64,000 nucleotides of DNA, taken from positions 18,272,001 through 18,336,000 of the forward strand of contig CP068257.2 in the NCBI GenBank assembly GCA_009914755.4, written 5' to 3'. The notes below the pieces were generated by a model that made no database searches, was not told the origin of the DNA, and saw nothing but the letters and a program-made list of their open reading frames with translations. This document shows positions 37,283 to 56,227 of this stretch, in pieces; positions within the stretch are counted from its first letter, which is position 1; each line of letters begins with the position of its first letter. A program made the translations under genes and the position numbers. The stretch is from the human T2T-CHM13v2.0 reference genome, Homo sapiens.

Positions 37283-40200
37283 TTGTAGGTGTGAGTTTAT
37301 TGTGTTTGAAAGATAAAGCAGCTTTATATTTAATTAAATTGGTTTTTTGAATCACACTTAAGCAAATACTTAACACTTGCACAAAATCATGTCTGACTTT
37401 CTAAATTCTTTCTAATACTTTTTGTTTTGTAAATTTTTCTACACATGAATTATATTACAAATTATGTTGTAATTCAAATTTGTTATACTTTGGTGGTCAT
37501 TTTTTCTAAACAACTTCAGAATTGTATTTTTAGAGATTTACATATTTCAATGTTGTCATGCACATTTCAAAGAAAATTATATGGACCAGTTTTGTTTCAT
37601 GTAACTGTACTATTTTAATATGATAGATGACTTCTTCTTTAGTACTTGAGTAAATGTCTCTTATTACCTGAAATTTCTCTGCTTTATTCATTCATTTTTT
37701 CCAACTTTATGGTGATAACTTGTTTAAAAAGCACACTTTGTTTCTAACTTGGTAAATACAATGTTTTCTTCATTGTCTTATGAAAAATAGTGTTTATGTA
37801 CAATCAAATATTATACTTTTTCACTGAAAAATTATGGCTGCTTCATATTTATGCTGTAATGATATTTACAGCATTATCCAAGGTTATGGTTTTATAGTGT
37901 GTGGATTTTGAGTGCCTCCATAATATCTCAAAAACGTCTCTTTGCAGCGTTTATTTATTTCCCTTAAATGAAATAAACTTGATCTTTGAGACGTAGGTCT
38001 ATGATTTTTAAATATGCCCCAAATGTTATTATGTGACATTTTATAATGTTTACCTTTTTTTCCTCTGGGAAATAAAATTCAATTGAAAATAATTAGTGAA
38101 CAAATAAATAAATAAAAACAGACAAACACCAAAAAACACTAGAATTCTGAATTTTATTATCTAATGTTAGGATAATTAAGGACATATGTGACCATGTTAG
38201 AAATAAAGTTGAAAATATGCTTTTAATAATTTGAAATGCATTAAGGATTTTGTACAGTATATACTATTTTCTTAAAACATGAAGATGTTGCTGATTTATT
38301 TTAATTTTTTCACTATCAAAACTGTATAAATTATATTTTGAATAGTCAAGATAATGGTATTATATAACATCATTTAGAATTTTTCAAATAATTACATTTT
38401 TATAAACTATGTTAAATATTAATTTTCATAGACGAAGTTAGCTTTTTACTTGCACACAATGTGGAATTTTGGTGAAGCAGAAAATCACCTCATTATGAAA
38501 AATATATTGATGGTTTCAATATCAATGAGAAGGAATATCAACGAAAAATCGTGTATATCAATGGAAAAAATCAAACATTTAGTTCATGTTTCACAACAAT
38601 TTTAACAATGTAGTGATTCTAATTGCCCTATTTCAAGTTTAAATAAATTTGTAATATATAATTTGCATTTAAATGTTTCCCCTAAATTTTGATTTATAAA
38701 CAACATTTCAATGGCTTTGTTGAGTCAACCATAGAACTCAAAAATTCTTATTCAGATCTTTCCCTGTTCCCACTTATGTTGCCTATGCTAGAATTGTCAG
38801 TGTTGTGGGACAGAGACAAGTAGGTGAGTCCCAGTAAAAGTTTTCACTTCCTCTATTGTAAGAACCCTTTACCTGTGAACATAACCACCAAAGTCTAAAA
38901 ATACAGTATTTAGGCTGTCTTGCATACAGTCTGGCCTGTGACTAAGTTCTGGCATAGAAGTGTTACAAGGAATCTTCTAAGGATCCTTTGTCAAAGACAA
39001 TTCGAACACTTTATTCTTCTCTCTTATATCGCCTGGAATAAGGATGGGGTACCTGGAGCTCTGGATCATGTATTTCATAAGGGATAAATTGTTTAGCACA
39101 AGGGAGTATCAATCTCTAAAAACTTCATGGGCTAAGAAGTTTTATCATCATTAGACCACCTGGCTCTTGACTATTATGAGGGAAAAATAACTAACTTATT
39201 GAAGTCACTGATATATGGGTTATGTGCAACTCAGAAGGAACTTAACATTTGCTGCTACAAATTTGTGCTAACAGCTTCTGTTTATGGTTTGCTATAATAC
39301 ATCTTACAAATATAAGGTTAAACTTCGTTTCTATTTTATACAAATAAACACAGCGATTAAAAAGATAATGCTTCTTACATGAAACAATTGTGGTAGATAC
39401 TAGCTAGTGCATCTTGGATATTTGTGGATAACAGTTCTGCTCTACCACTAGCCCCAGGGTACCTCACCATCCCTGCCTATACCCTTATAAATGTGTTGCT
39501 TTATTAAGGCATTTGAAATGACTCCCTCTGAGTGTGTTACCTGTGCAAATTGAACACTGAAAATGGCATAATTAATACTAAGTTTTCCACTAATTGGCAT
39601 AGGATGAAATGTGGGTGTAGAGGCAAGCAGGTGACAGATTAAGTCGTTTGGCAAGTATAAATACTACACATAATTTAGCTTCATTTAACTGCTCTAGAGG
39701 GAAACTAGTCAGGCCAAATGTGTTGATATGGATAAACTAACTCAGAATTAGGAAATACTTTAAGTACCTGGGAACTGTCAGCTAGCTTAGTTAATTAAAT
39801 TCTCAACTCAGATGGGACTTTAGTCAGTGAGATACAAATTTCGGAATATCCCTGGAATATAGAAGGGGAAGAAACCCAGTGACTCAGGGAGAATAGCAAT
39901 TTTTCAGCGGCCTTTGATGAGTAGCCTATGGGTATCTAGGTGTCCTATTCCCCAGGCACCCTAAGTATTACTTTGTGTCTCCATGGTTATTCAGTTCAAC
40001 ACAAGCAACTTGTTTCCAGGTGGCTGGAATTACCTCTGAAAAGTGGTATTTTATATGGGCTGTATGTTGGTAGGTTAGGCACTTAGCAATGAGGGTAAAC
40101 AGATTATCCATGGTGAGCAAGGGTCTATTTTTAGTGTCCATGGAGAGCCTCAATATTTATCACATGGTCACTTTGTATATGGACCAACAATTCATGCTTG

Positions 40201-40528
40201 GTTGTTAGAATTATTCACCTCGGCCAGTTAGAAAACTGACCTCTTTTTCTGCCTATTGGTTCAGTGGCATAAATCTCAAAACTGTTGGCAGGTGGGTAAG
40301 AAAAGTCAGCCTCAACTTCCAAACCACTGAAGATGTGAATACTTTTCTAGGGAGAAATATTTATCCATTGAGTACCAAAACTTCCAGATGTCCTAATCTG
40401 ATTCAAGATTTGGAAGAAACAGTATCTTACATATATCTTACAATATCTTCTATATCTTTAGTTGTAATTGGGAGAGAGCTCCTGCCCCTGTCTTCCACCC
40501 AATTCTCAGACCAAGATATTCTCACTAA

Positions 40529-40869
<341 letters not shown>

Positions 40870-41062
40870 CACATCCGATTTCTTAAAATCTCTGGCATAT
40901 CATCCCATCATTCTACTTGAGCCTGCTCTTCCTAATCATGTGTTCAAACCAATAAATCCTGTGCATGTAATCATATTGTTATATTTCCTTTACCGTAAGT
41001 TAAGGAAAGTGGTCCTATGAGATTACAAGTTGATACATAGGCATTCTGTAAGACCATGAGAG

Positions 41063-42803
41063 GTAATAAGGTATAAGGAAGGGGTCCAGTTTCCATTTTC
41101 TGCATATGGCTGGTCAATTCTGCCAGCATCATTTATTAAATATGGAATCATTTCCTTATTGCTTGTTTTTGTCAGGCTTGTCAAAAATCAGATGGTTGAT
41201 GTGTGGTTTTATTTCTGAGTTCTCTATTCTGTTCCATTGATCTGTGTACAAGTACCATGTTGTTTTGGTTACTGTAGCCTTGTAGCATAGTTTGAAGTCA
41301 GGTAGCGTGATGCCTCCAGCTTTGTTCTTTTTGCTTAGGATTGTCTTGGCTATATGGGCCCTTTTTTGGTTCCATATGAAATTTAAAGTAGTTTTTTTCT
41401 AATTCTATGAAGAAAATCAATGGTAGTTGGGGATATAGCACTGAATCTATAAATTACTTTAGCAGTATGGCCATTTTCATGATATTGATTCTTCCTATCC
41501 ATGAGCATGGAACGTTTTTCTGTCTGTTTGTGTTGTCTCTGATTTCCTTGAGCAGTGGTTTGTAGTTCTCCTTGAAGAGGTCCTTGACCTCAATTGTTAG
41601 CCGTATTCCTAGGTATTTTATTCTCTTGTGGCAAAAATTAACTCAAGGTGGATTAGACACTTAAATGTAAAACCCAAAACTATAAAAACCCTAAAAGAAA
41701 ACCTAAGCCATACTATTCAGGACCTAGGCATGGGCAAAGATTTTATGATGAGATCATCAAAAGCAATTGCTACAAAAGCAACAATTGACAAATGGGATCT
41801 AATTGCATTAAAGAGCTTCTGCACAGCAAAATAAACTATCATCAGAGTGAACAGGCAACCTACAGAATGGGAGAACATTTCTGCAATCTGTCTTTCTGAC
41901 AAAGGTCTAATATCCTGTATCTACAAGGAACTTAAGCAAATTTACAAGGATAAAAATGAACAATCCCATTAAAAAGTGGGCAAAGGATAGGAATACACAC
42001 CTCTCAAGAGAAGGCATACATGCAGACAACAAACATATGAAAAAAAGCTCAACATCACTGATGATCAGAGAAATGCAAATCAAAACCACACAGTGAAATA
42101 TCATCTTGTGCCAATCAGAAAGGCAATTATTAAAAAGTCAATAAACAGATGCTGCAAGGTTGAGGAGAAATAGGAACATTTTTATGGTGTTGGTGGGAAT
42201 GGAAATTAGTTTAACCATTGTGGAAGATAGTGTAGTGATTCCTCGAGAATCTAGAACCAGAAATACCATTTGACACAGCAATCCCTTTACTGGGTATACA
42301 CACCCAAAGGAATATAAAGCATTCTATTATAAAGATACATGCACACATATGTTCATTGCATCACCATTTACAATAGCAAAGATGTGGAATTAACCTAAAT
42401 CCCCATCAATGATAAACTGGGTAAAGAAAATATAGTACATATACACCATGGAATACTATGCCACCATAAAAGGAAGATCATGTCCTTTGCAGGGACATGG
42501 ATGAAGCTGGAAGCTATTATTCTCAGTAAACTAATGCAGGAATAAAATAACCAAACACTGCATGTTTTCACTTACAGTGGGAGCTGAACACATGGACACA
42601 GGGAGCGGAACAATAAACTCTGGGGCCTCTTGGGGAGGTGAGGGAGCATCAGGAAAAATAGCTAATGCATGCCAGGCTTAATACCTAGGTGATGGGTTAA
42701 TAGGTGCAGCAAACCATCATGGCACACATTTACCTACGTAACAAACCTGCACATGCTGCGCATGCACTCTGAAACTTAAAATGAAATAAAATTTAAAAAA
42801 AGA
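41063..42803 (+). mobile_element. 5'-truncated L1 (older L1PA/L1PB-like) with 5' inversion: 41063-41633 antisense (ORF2 aa ~765-953), 41634-42803 sense (ORF2 aa ~956-end, 3'UTR, A-tail)
   Basis: Antisense part: ataaggaaggggtccagtttccattttctgcatatggctggtcaattctgccagcatcatttattaaatatgg...gtaccatgttgttttggttactgtagccttgtagcatagtttgaagtcaggtagcgtgatgcctccagc. Sense part: ORF 41628-41834 (+) [40 protein letters not shown] compared with L1 ORF2 [39 protein letters not shown]. 3'UTR ..gggttaataggtgcagcaaaccatcatggcacacatttacctacgtaacaaacctgcacatgctg..gaaacttaaaatgaaataaaatttaaaaaaag. Confidence 0.88.
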
Positions 42804-43375
42804 AAGGGAATAATGCCAGAAGCATTGCAATAAAGAAAGGACATTTAATACTCAGAATATATCGATACTTATGAGAATAAACTCCTGACTCCGCATTCAC
42901 CCACGGACATTTTTAAAATCTCATGTCAAAGAACCAACAAACTGAAAAGGGTGACCAAAGTGAATAAATCTAATTATCAAGCATGAACTAGGATACTGCT
43001 ACAAAACAGGAGTAAATAAGACCCAAGGCAACTCACTGGTGTTCCTAATACTACTTTGCTCAAAAGGTTTAGCCAATAAAAAATTACATCTATTAAGACA
43101 GTACTGATGTAGATACAGATAATTCAGGAAAAAAATAGCTTCAGATTACCTTCACCTCAGGAAATAACCCATTTTATCAGATTTCCAGCAAAAGATAAGA
43201 AGAATATGGAATACCTGAAAGAAGAAAGCAATGTTTATAAAGTTAAATCTTGTGATAAGCTGCAAAAGAGTGGCTCTGGGAGTGAGAAGAATTAAGAATA
43301 CCAGCTATGCTTTAAGTCAATTTTGGTTTTCTTCCCTTTACCCAACACCATGCCCAAAGGATTTAAGTCTTTGAG

Positions 43376-43908
<533 letters not shown>

Positions 43909-43924
43909 TAGCTTATTATACTTT

Positions 43925-44170
43925 GTATATCTATTTTGGGAAGGTGCATTTTCATCTTAAGAAAAGACATATATATATGTATTTATGTATACATATATAT
44001 ATTTATGTATACATACATATGTATTTATGTGTATATATATGTATTTATGTACACATGTATATAAACAAATATACACTCACACATGTATATATACACTTAT
44101 ATTTATATATAAAATATACATATAGCACAAATACATATTTGCATGTCTGTATACATATATATTAATATTT
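43925..44170. repeat. Compound simple repeat ((CATA)n / (TATG)n / TA-rich, ~245 bp)
   Basis: atatatatatgtatttatgtatacatatatatatttatgtatacatacatatgtatttatgtgtatatatatgtatttatgtacacatgtatataaacaaatatacactcacacatgtatatatacac... The 80-aa ORF 43923-44165 is a low-complexity artefact. Confidence 0.9.
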
Positions 44171-47100
44171 TTGTATATTATAATTTTAATTCTATTTGTA
44201 ACCTAATCTGGAATAGAACAATAAATTGGGAAACTCTGGGTACATAATTTTTTTCTTCATTATGAAATATTTTATTACATTCATTTTTATATAACAAAAG
44301 ATTTAAACTACAAAAACAAAAGCATGTGTATATATAATATTATATTTTACTAATCTAATTGAAATGAAACTTTTAAAAGATTGACTGTTCAGTAATTTTC
44401 TCTTGTTTGTTTTTATTCTATTTTTAATTGACATAATTGGACATATTTATTTGGTACAGTGTAATGTTTTGATACATGTATAAATTAGGTAACAATGAAA
44501 TCAGGCTATTTAGCATATCCATCACCTCATACATTTATCATTTCTGTGTGGTAAGAGCATTCAATATTCCCTGTTCTAACTATTTTGAAATATATAGAGT
44601 TAACCATAGTCACTCCACTGTGTAATAAAACACCAGAACTTACTCCTATATAACTGAAATTTAATATACTTTGACCTACATCTCCTGAATGCCCAACACC
44701 CATAGCTCTGGTTACCTCAATTTAGCTCTCTACTTCAAAGAGAATTAGAGTTCAACTATTTTAGATTTCACATATTAGTGAAATCATGTAGTATTTGTCT
44801 TTCTGCGCCTGTATTATTTCAATTAACATAATGCCTTTCAGATTCTCTCATGTTCCTGCAAATGACAGGATTTTATTCTTTTTCATGGATTAATAGTATT
44901 CCATTGGGTATATATACCACAAGTTCTTTATTAATTTATCCGTTGATGAACAATTAAGTTGATTCTCTGTGATGGTTTTTGTTAATAGTATTGCAGTCAA
45001 CATGACTGACTTTATTTATTTTGGCTATGTGCCCTGTAGTGGGATTACTGGATCATATGGGACTTCTCTTTTTGATTTTTTGAGGAGCCTGCATACTGCT
45101 TTCCATAATAGTACTAATTTTCATTCTCACTAACAATGTATGAATTTCTCTGATTTCACATCCACACGAGTATTTATTTATTTTGATAATTGCTACTCTA
45201 ATTGGGGTGAGGTGATATCTCATGGTTTTGATTTGCATTTTTCTAATGATTAGTGATGTTGAGCATTTTAAGATATATCTATTGACCATTTGCTTGTCTT
45301 CTTTTAAGCAATGTCTACTCAGATCTTTTGATTGTTTTAAAAATATTGCTATTGAATTATTTATGAATTTCTTATATATTCTGGATATTAAAACCTTATC
45401 AGCTGAATAGCTTGCCATTTTTTCTGCATTCTGTAGGTTGTCTCTTCATTTTCTTAATTGTTTACTTTGCTGTGGCAGTAGCTTTTTGGCTTGATGTAAT
45501 CTCATTTGTCTATGTTTTCTTTTGTTGCCTGTGCTTTTGGGGTCTTATCCAAAAAATTCTTGTGCAGATCAGTGTCATAAAGTGTTTCTTTTATGTTTTC
45601 TTATAGTAATATTACCATTTAGGATCTCACATTTAATACTTTAATAATTTTTAGTTGATTTTTGTTTATGGTGAGACCTAGGGGTTTATCTTCATTCTTC
45701 ACTGCATGTGGACCTCCAGTTTTCCCTGAACCATTTACTGATTAGAGTACCTTTCTCCACTTTGCATTTTTAGCACCATTGTCCATAGTAAGTTCACTGT
45801 AAGTGTATGGAATTCTTCTGTGTTCTCTATTCTGTTCCTTTGGTCTATGTGTCTATTTTGATGCCAGCACCATGCTGTTTTAGTTACTCTATCTTGATAA
45901 TATATTTTGAAGACAGAAAATGTCATGACTTCAACTTTGATCTTTTTGGTAAAGGTTACCTTGGCTATTGAGAGTCCTTTGTGGCTCCATATGAATTTTA
46001 GGAGTATCTTTCTCTGTGTCTGTGGAGAATGTCATTGATATTTTGATAAAGATCCCATTGAATGTATATCATTTTGGGTACTGTGGATATTGTAACAATA
46101 TCATTTCTTTCAATCAATGAGCATGGAATATCTATTTATTTGTATCTTCTTTATTTTCTTTTATCACTTTTTTTGCTTTTATTTTACACATCTTTTACCT
46201 CTGTGGCTAATTTTATTCCTAAGTATTTTATTTTATTTGTAGCTGTTGTAAATGGAATTATTTTCTTGAGTTCTTTTTCATATAGTTTTCTACTACTGTA
46301 CAGAAACACTACTGATTTTTGTATGTTGATTTTGTATCCTGCATCTATATTGAATTTGTGAATTAGTTCTAACAGTTTTTTGGTGGAATCTTTAGGGTTT
46401 TCTATATATATAAGAACATGCCACCTATGCAGACAATTCAACCTCTTCCTTTCCAATTTGGATTCCCTTTATTTCTTTCTCTTGTCTGATTACTCTGGCT
46501 AAGTCTTCCAATACCATGTTGACTACAAGTGGCAAGAGTGGCCATCCTTGTCTTGTTCCAGATTTTAGAGGGCAAGCTTTCAACTATTATATTACCCCTG
46601 AGTTCATCATATATGGCCTTTGATAGATTGAGGTACTTTTCTTCTATACTTAACTTTTTGAGAATTTTATTATAAAGGGATGTTGAATTTTGTCAAATCC
46701 TTTTTCTGAATCTATTGAAATTGTAATATGATTCTTGTCCTTCATTTGTTGATATGATGTATCATGTTTATTGATCTTCATATTTTATGTTCAACCATTC
46801 TTGCATTCCTAGGATGAGGCCCACTTGATCATGTTGAATGATCTTTTTAATATTAATAGGCTGTTGAATTTGTTTTGCTAGTATTTCCTTGAGGATTTTT
46901 GCATGCATGTTCATTTGGAATATTGATTGGCTTGTAGGCGGTTGTTTTGGTTTAGTTTGGTGTGAGTGCATGTGCATGTGTGTGTATGTTTGTGTGTTTG
47001 TGTCCTTGACTGATTTTGGTGTCAGGGTAATGGTGGCTCAGTAGATGAGTTTAAGAGTATTTCTTCTCCTTTTATATGTTGAAATAGCTTCATAAGAATT

Positions 47101-47330
47101 GGTATTATGTTTTCATTAAATGTTTTATAGAATCCAGCAGTGAGGTAATTTTTTTTAAAGGAAACTTTTTATTACTTATTCACATCTTAGTGCTCATTAT
47201 TAGCTGTGTTCAGATTTTCTATTGTTTCAAGATACAATATTGATAGGTTGCATGTGTCCAGATATTTATCTGTTTCTGCTAGCATTATCCTATATATTGG
47301 TAATTTTTTGTATTTTTATAATATCAATTC

Positions 47331-50389
<3,059 letters not shown>

Positions 50390-51093
50390 TATCAATTCTA
50401 ATGTCTTACTTTTTATCTCTGATTTTATTTATTTAAGTTGTCTTTCACTTTTCCTCAGAGTCACCAAAGTTTTTGAATATTGTTTATCTTTTAAAAAAGC
50501 AACTGTTTATTTTATCTATATTTTGTGTTTAGTTTTTTGTCTCAATTTGTTTCCTCTTGAATATCATTTATTTTCTTCTAATAATTTGGGGTTTAGTGTG
50601 TTTTTATTTAGTTCTTTGAGGTGCTATGTTAGGTAGTTTATTTGTGATCTGTTTTCCTTCTGATGTAAGTTTTTATTGCAAGAAACTTCCCTCTTAGAAA
50701 TGTGTTTAACTGTGTTCTATAGGTTTTGATATGTTTCATTTCCACTTTCATTTGTCTTAAACATTTTTAAATTTTCCTTTTAATGTCTTTACCCATTGGT
50801 TGTTTGGGAACATTTTGTTTAATTTCTACATATTTGTAAAGTTTCTGTATTTCCTCTGTTATTGATTTTTAGTTTTATACCATTGTGCTCAGTAGAGATA
50901 CTTGATGTAATTTTAATCTTCTTAAATTTCATTTTGTCTCATGGTCAAATATATGGTCAAATATATGATCAAATATATTGTCTCGTGGTCAAATATATAT
51001 CTATATTTGATCTATGTTCTATGTGCAACAGAGAAGGATGTATATTTTGTACCTTTTAGTTGGAATGTTCTGCAAATGTCTGTTAGGCCCATT

Positions 51094-51399
51094 TCATCTA
51101 GAGTGTAGTTTAAATCTGATGTTATTTTTATAATTTATTTTACTGGATAATCTGTCCATTGTTGTAAGTGAGATGTTGAAATTCCCTACTATTTTAGTAT
51201 CATAGTCAATTTCTCTCTTTAGCTCTATGAATATTTTCTTTATATATTTAGGTGCTCCAATGATAGGTGCATATATATTTACAATTGTTATACTCTCTTG
51301 CTGATTTGACCTCTTTATCATTATGTCATGAACTTCATTTCTGCTTCTTTTGTAAAATCCAAAGTCTATTTTACCTGATATAAGTACAGCTACTCTCAC
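51094..51399 (-). pseudogene. Remnant of L1M ORF2 endonuclease domain (101-aa ORF), part of the ancient full-length L1
   Basis: MRVAVLISGKIDFGFYKRSRNEVHDIMIKRSNQQESITIVNIYAPIIGAPKYIKKIFIELKREIDYDTKIVGNFNISLTTMDRLSSKINYKNNIRFKLHSR compared with L1 EN GVAILISDKIDFK..RDKEGHYIMIKGSIQQEDITIVNIYAPNIGAPKYIKQILTDLKGEIDSNTIIVGDFNTPLSSMDRSSRQKINKET. Confidence 0.8.
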
Positions 51400-54300
51400 T
51401 GTGTTGTGGCTTCCATTTGTATGAAATATTTCTTTCTATCCCTTCACTTTTAGTCTATTTGTGTCTTGTAGGCAGCATATCATTGGGTCTTTTAAAAATC
51501 CATTGATCCACTCTTTTTATTTTTATTTTTTCATGATCTTCATTGGTTTATCATTTTAGGGATGGGTTCCTTCTGTGTTAGGCTGGAGGGCAGTGGCTAT
51601 TCACAGGCACAATCACTTCACACTACAGCTTTGTACCCCTGGCCTCAAGCAATCCTCCCACTTCAGCTTCCTGAGTATTTGTGACTACAGGGACATGCAA
51701 AACACTGGGTTTTATTCCTCTTAATAGTACAGTTTAATCCATTAATATGCAAGATGATTATTGATAGGTACAGATGTATTACTGCCATTTTAAAAATTTT
51801 CAAATTGTTTTATAGATTCTTTCTTTTTACCTGTCCTCTTGTGTGGTTAAATAATTTTCTCTAGTAGTGTGTTTTGATTTTTTAATTTTTATTCTTAATG
51901 TACCTATTAAAGGTTTTTGCTTTGTGGATACCATGAAGCTAACAAATAACATCTCATAGATATAACAGCTTAAAATAACTTGTTATATATATGAGATGTT
52001 ATTAACTCTGACCTTAATGTTTTAAGAAAAGGACTCTACAATTTGACCTCACTGCCTCCAATATTTTGAATTTTTATGTCACAATTTGCATATTTTAATG
52101 TTGCATATTTCTTAAATTATTTTAATTTTTACTATTTCTAATATTTTTGTATTTTAATCTTTATATTAGAGATATAAATGATTCATACACAATCATTGCA
52201 GTATTAGAGTATTCTTTATTTGACTCTGCACCTATTTTTATCAGTGAATTTTATACTTTCAAAATATTTGTGTGTGTGTGTGTGTGTATGTGTGACTCAT
52301 TAGCATCCTTTTCTTTCAGCTTGAAGAACTTCCTTTACCATTGTTTATAAGACAGATTTGGAGTTAAAAAACAAATAAAACTCCCTCAGCTTTTGTTTGT
52401 CTGGAAAAATGTTTATATCTCCTTCACATCTGAAAGATGGATTTGCTGACTACAGTATTCTTGGCTGGCAGTTTGGTTGCTTTTTTCCTTTAGCACTTTG
52501 AATATATCAACCCACCAACCTCCTGGCTGGTAAGGTTTCTGCTAAGAAATCCACTGATAGTTATATTGGCACTCTTTTGTATATGATGTGTTTCTTACCT
52601 CTTGGCTGCTTTCAGAATTTTTTCTTTGTCTCTTTTTTTTTTGATAATTTGATTATTTTATGTTTTGTTGTATTTCTCTCAGGGTTTAATTTTCTTGGAG
52701 ACCTCTATGCATCCCATATATGTGTGTTGGTATCTATCACAGGTTAATGCAGTTTTCAGCCATTATTCCTTTAAATGTGCTTACTGGACCTTTTCCTTTG
52801 TCTTCTTCTGTTGATTCTATTATAAAAACATTCAATCTCTTACATGTGTCCTATAATTCCCATAGATTTTCTTCATTCTTATTTATTCTTTTGTCTTTTT
52901 ATCCTCTGACTGGATACTTTAAAATTTGCCTTTCTGCTTACTGATTCTTTCTTTCTACTTGATAAGTTCTTCTGTTAAAATTTTCTATTACATTTTTTAT
53001 TGCAGTCATTGTATTATTCATTTCTAGGATTTCTACTGATCTTCTCATTTTTTTCAAATACTGGTTTCCAAACTTCATTAAATTTTCCATCTGTATATTT
53101 TTAAATTTTACTGAACTTCCTTATGAATATTATTCTGTATTATTGATCAGTCTTTGCATAGATCTCTATTTATTTGGGATTCATTATTTGAGCTTTATTT
53201 ATTTCTTTTTGAGAAATTATACTTCCCTGATTTTCCATAATCTTTGTATTCTTATGTTGTGACCTTCATATGTGAGGTGACAAGTCCCTTTTTGGTCCTG
53301 CACAGATATATTAGCAGACATAGAGCTATTTAGTCTAGGCTGTGGTCCTGGAAGGTTCAGCTGGTGATGATCCTGGAGAGGCAGAGTATGTTATAAGTTA
53401 TCCAGTTGGCTGGGTCACTGCCTTTGCTTTGATATTGAATGGGGTTACTAACTGGGTTCTGCTGACCAGTGAGACCATTGGTTGGACTCTGCTGTTAGGT
53501 GGTATGCTGGCTCATACTTCAATGGCTTCTGGTTAGACCCGGCAACATATATATTCCCTGGATGGGCAGTTTTGCTATTTGAAATCTGCACTTGAGCAGG
53601 GCTGAAAGTTGGACTCTAAGATTAGGTGGAGTCACTACTCTGAACAGGCAGGAGCTTAGGCTGTGCTCCTTAGAAACACACAATTTGAGATTGCCTCCTT
53701 GTCTGGGTGGAGCTGTGGAGTGGGCTTTTGGCTTAGTTCAGTGGCTGTTTGACTTCCCAGATCAAGCAGGACTGGCCTCTAAGTTTCTTCAAAATGTACA
53801 GAAATGGGAGTCTCTCTGCCTGGTTGGGATTGTTTTGTGGGCTATTTGTCGTCCCTACTTGCCTTCCTGGCTCGAGCCAGTCTGGCTTCTTTGCTTCTCT
53901 AAAATCTGCAAAGATGGGAATCTGTCTGCCTGGGCGGGGTCATTGGCCAGGCTTTTTGGCCATGTGGCACCTCTGATTACCTTCCCACATCAAGCATGTG
54001 TAGCTCCTTCACATCTCTGAGATCTGTGAAGACATGAGTCTTCCTGATTGGACAGGTTTGTTGTTGGTTCTGGAGTTGGCTGGGGAGACTAGCTGTCTAA
54101 GGGCTCACTGTATGTGAGCTAGATTGTGTTTCCTACTGTGCTTTTAAAGGTGACAAGCTTAGCTCTGTGAGTGAGCTAAGAGGTTGATTGATGCCTCTGA
54201 CCAAGTGCTACAGCTTGCAGGATGCAGTGGTAACACCAAAATCCTTGTCATTTGCTTTGTTTTACTCCTGGGTGGTCAAGCCATGCCATTTCTCTTAGTA

Positions 54301-56227
54301 TTCCTCATTAAGTGAGACCACAGTGGACTTCCTGAGAAGTTTTTTAGAATGGTAGTGAAGTCAGATAACTGTTTCAAGTTCGTTTTTCCCCTCATAGAAA
54401 CTGTGAGTCCAGGAAAATCTTTATCTGGTGCTATGCTACTTTGGTAGAAGGGGAGGTGGGGGTGCAGTCAGAATGAGACCATTCCTCTTAGCCATCAAAT
54501 TTAGATTTTGTTTACTTCTGCACACCACACAGGTGTCTCAGGCTTGTTTCCAGATGCTGAGGTTTTCAAAAGGATGTTCTGTCTGTAGATAGTCGCTAGT
54601 TGAAAGTTCTGTTGGAGCAATGGGGGTCAAGGTTTTTTCTTTGCCACATTGCTGACATCCTTAAGTTTGAATTAATAATGATTTTATTTTAATGTCAACT
54701 GAATAACTGATATTTATTTTTTAAAATATTTTTTAAGAAAACATCTGAAATCACAAGCAGGTTCATCATGAAAATATAAAAAAAAATTATTGTTAGTCAT
54801 GATCTATGAAAGAAGCAAAATATCATTTTTTTCCAAGTATTTATGATTGCTGTCTTTAAGGTTTTTTTTTCTATTATTCATAGTGATGATAGTTTTGACC
54901 CAAATATGATTTCAAGTCTTATTTGTAAATATTTTAAGGCACAACCAGGCCTGAATGTATTTTCTACTGCCCAATATAGAAGCAAATTTTGATTAAATCT
55001 AAAAACTTTTAATAATGCTGGAAATGATTATATGCCTTGCATGTAGGAATTTATTATATGCTATGTAATCAGTATATTGGAACCCTCATTCAAATAATTA
55101 TGCAAAACTGAACTTTATTTAAATAAATAAATAAGTAAACTTTTAAGGTGAGGTTTCACTTAGTTCCAGAATTATACTTACTGAAATATTACTATATTTT
55201 AAAATTTGCTATATATTATAATATTACTTATACTGATGATACTGATGGTTATGAAAATAAATAAAATATATTTATGGATATGTCAGTGTGACTCCAGTGA
55301 TTTATAGTTGTGTTTGTGTTTTTTTTTTCTAAAGGATTTGAACAACTTGCAAATACACCATGCTGGACACACTAAGATAAGCAAAATCAAGTAAGACCAT
55401 ATGCAAAATTGTATAATTTTTAATTGCGAAGTTTATTGCATTTAAAGCACTGAAATAACTTTTTAAAAAACATTTTATTTCACATACTTTTTCATATTCT
55501 TATTAAAAACATGATCTATTCATTTCAAACAGACTTATCCTGAAACTGAATATATAGACGTACTTTATCTGGAGAGACTCTTGCAAGTGATATTGAGCAC
55601 TATGGTAAAATAACTTTCCAATATTTTATGTAATTTTAATTGAAGGAGGATATACATACAAAAACTTTAAAGAAGTTATTGCAAATGTACAAATTGATGG
55701 ATTTTCATTAAATGAATTATCCTTATAGCCATCAGCTATATCAAGAAATAAAGCATCACTAGCCCCCAGAAGCTACCCTCAGCTTCCCTCCAAGTCACTA
55801 AAATTCTCCAAGTTGATAATCTTTCTGATGTTCAACACTAAATACTTTGTATATTTGTGTATAGTGTGCAAGATGGAATTTTACTGTATAGATTATTTTG
55901 CATCTGGCATTTTTTATTTAGTGAGATATCCAGTCAATATTAATTTTCATCATTGTTATGAAATATTTTATTATATGAAAATACAAAAATAGTGTGGGTG
56001 TGTGTTTGTGATCTACTACAAATGTGTAGTTTTCAGGGTTTTTTGGCTATTGTCTAACAACATTGGCTATTGTCTTTTTTATTTTATTTATTCTAGTGTT
56101 TGTGTACTAAAATTTAATCGTGATTTTATCTTGAAGGTCTCTGTTGACTAATGAGGTAGAGCATGTTTTCCTGTGTTTTAGCTGATCCACTTTGTAGGCA
56201 CCTTTTCCAGTGTTTGCATTTTTGATC

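Noticed and set aside
38505-38575. Three spaced copies of aatatcaa(t/c)g(a/g)(a/g)aa within ~70 bp
   Set aside because: Too short and degenerate to distinguish from chance in 70% AT sequence. No further periodicity.
46062-46456. 99-aa + ORF and 90-aa - ORF
   Set aside because: Both lie inside the ancient L1M. The minus-strand one is simply a surviving piece of ORF2 (..YKINIQKSVVFLYS..IKYLGIKL..), and the plus-strand one is antisense L1 noise.
53592-54020. 142-aa + strand ORF (MSRAESWTLRLGGVTTLNRQELRLCSLETHNLRLPPCLGG...)
   Set aside because: It falls in the antisense strand of the ancient L1M 5'UTR/ORF1 region, which is unusually GC-rich for this window. There is no homology to anything I recognise, and it lies within a single decayed transposon.
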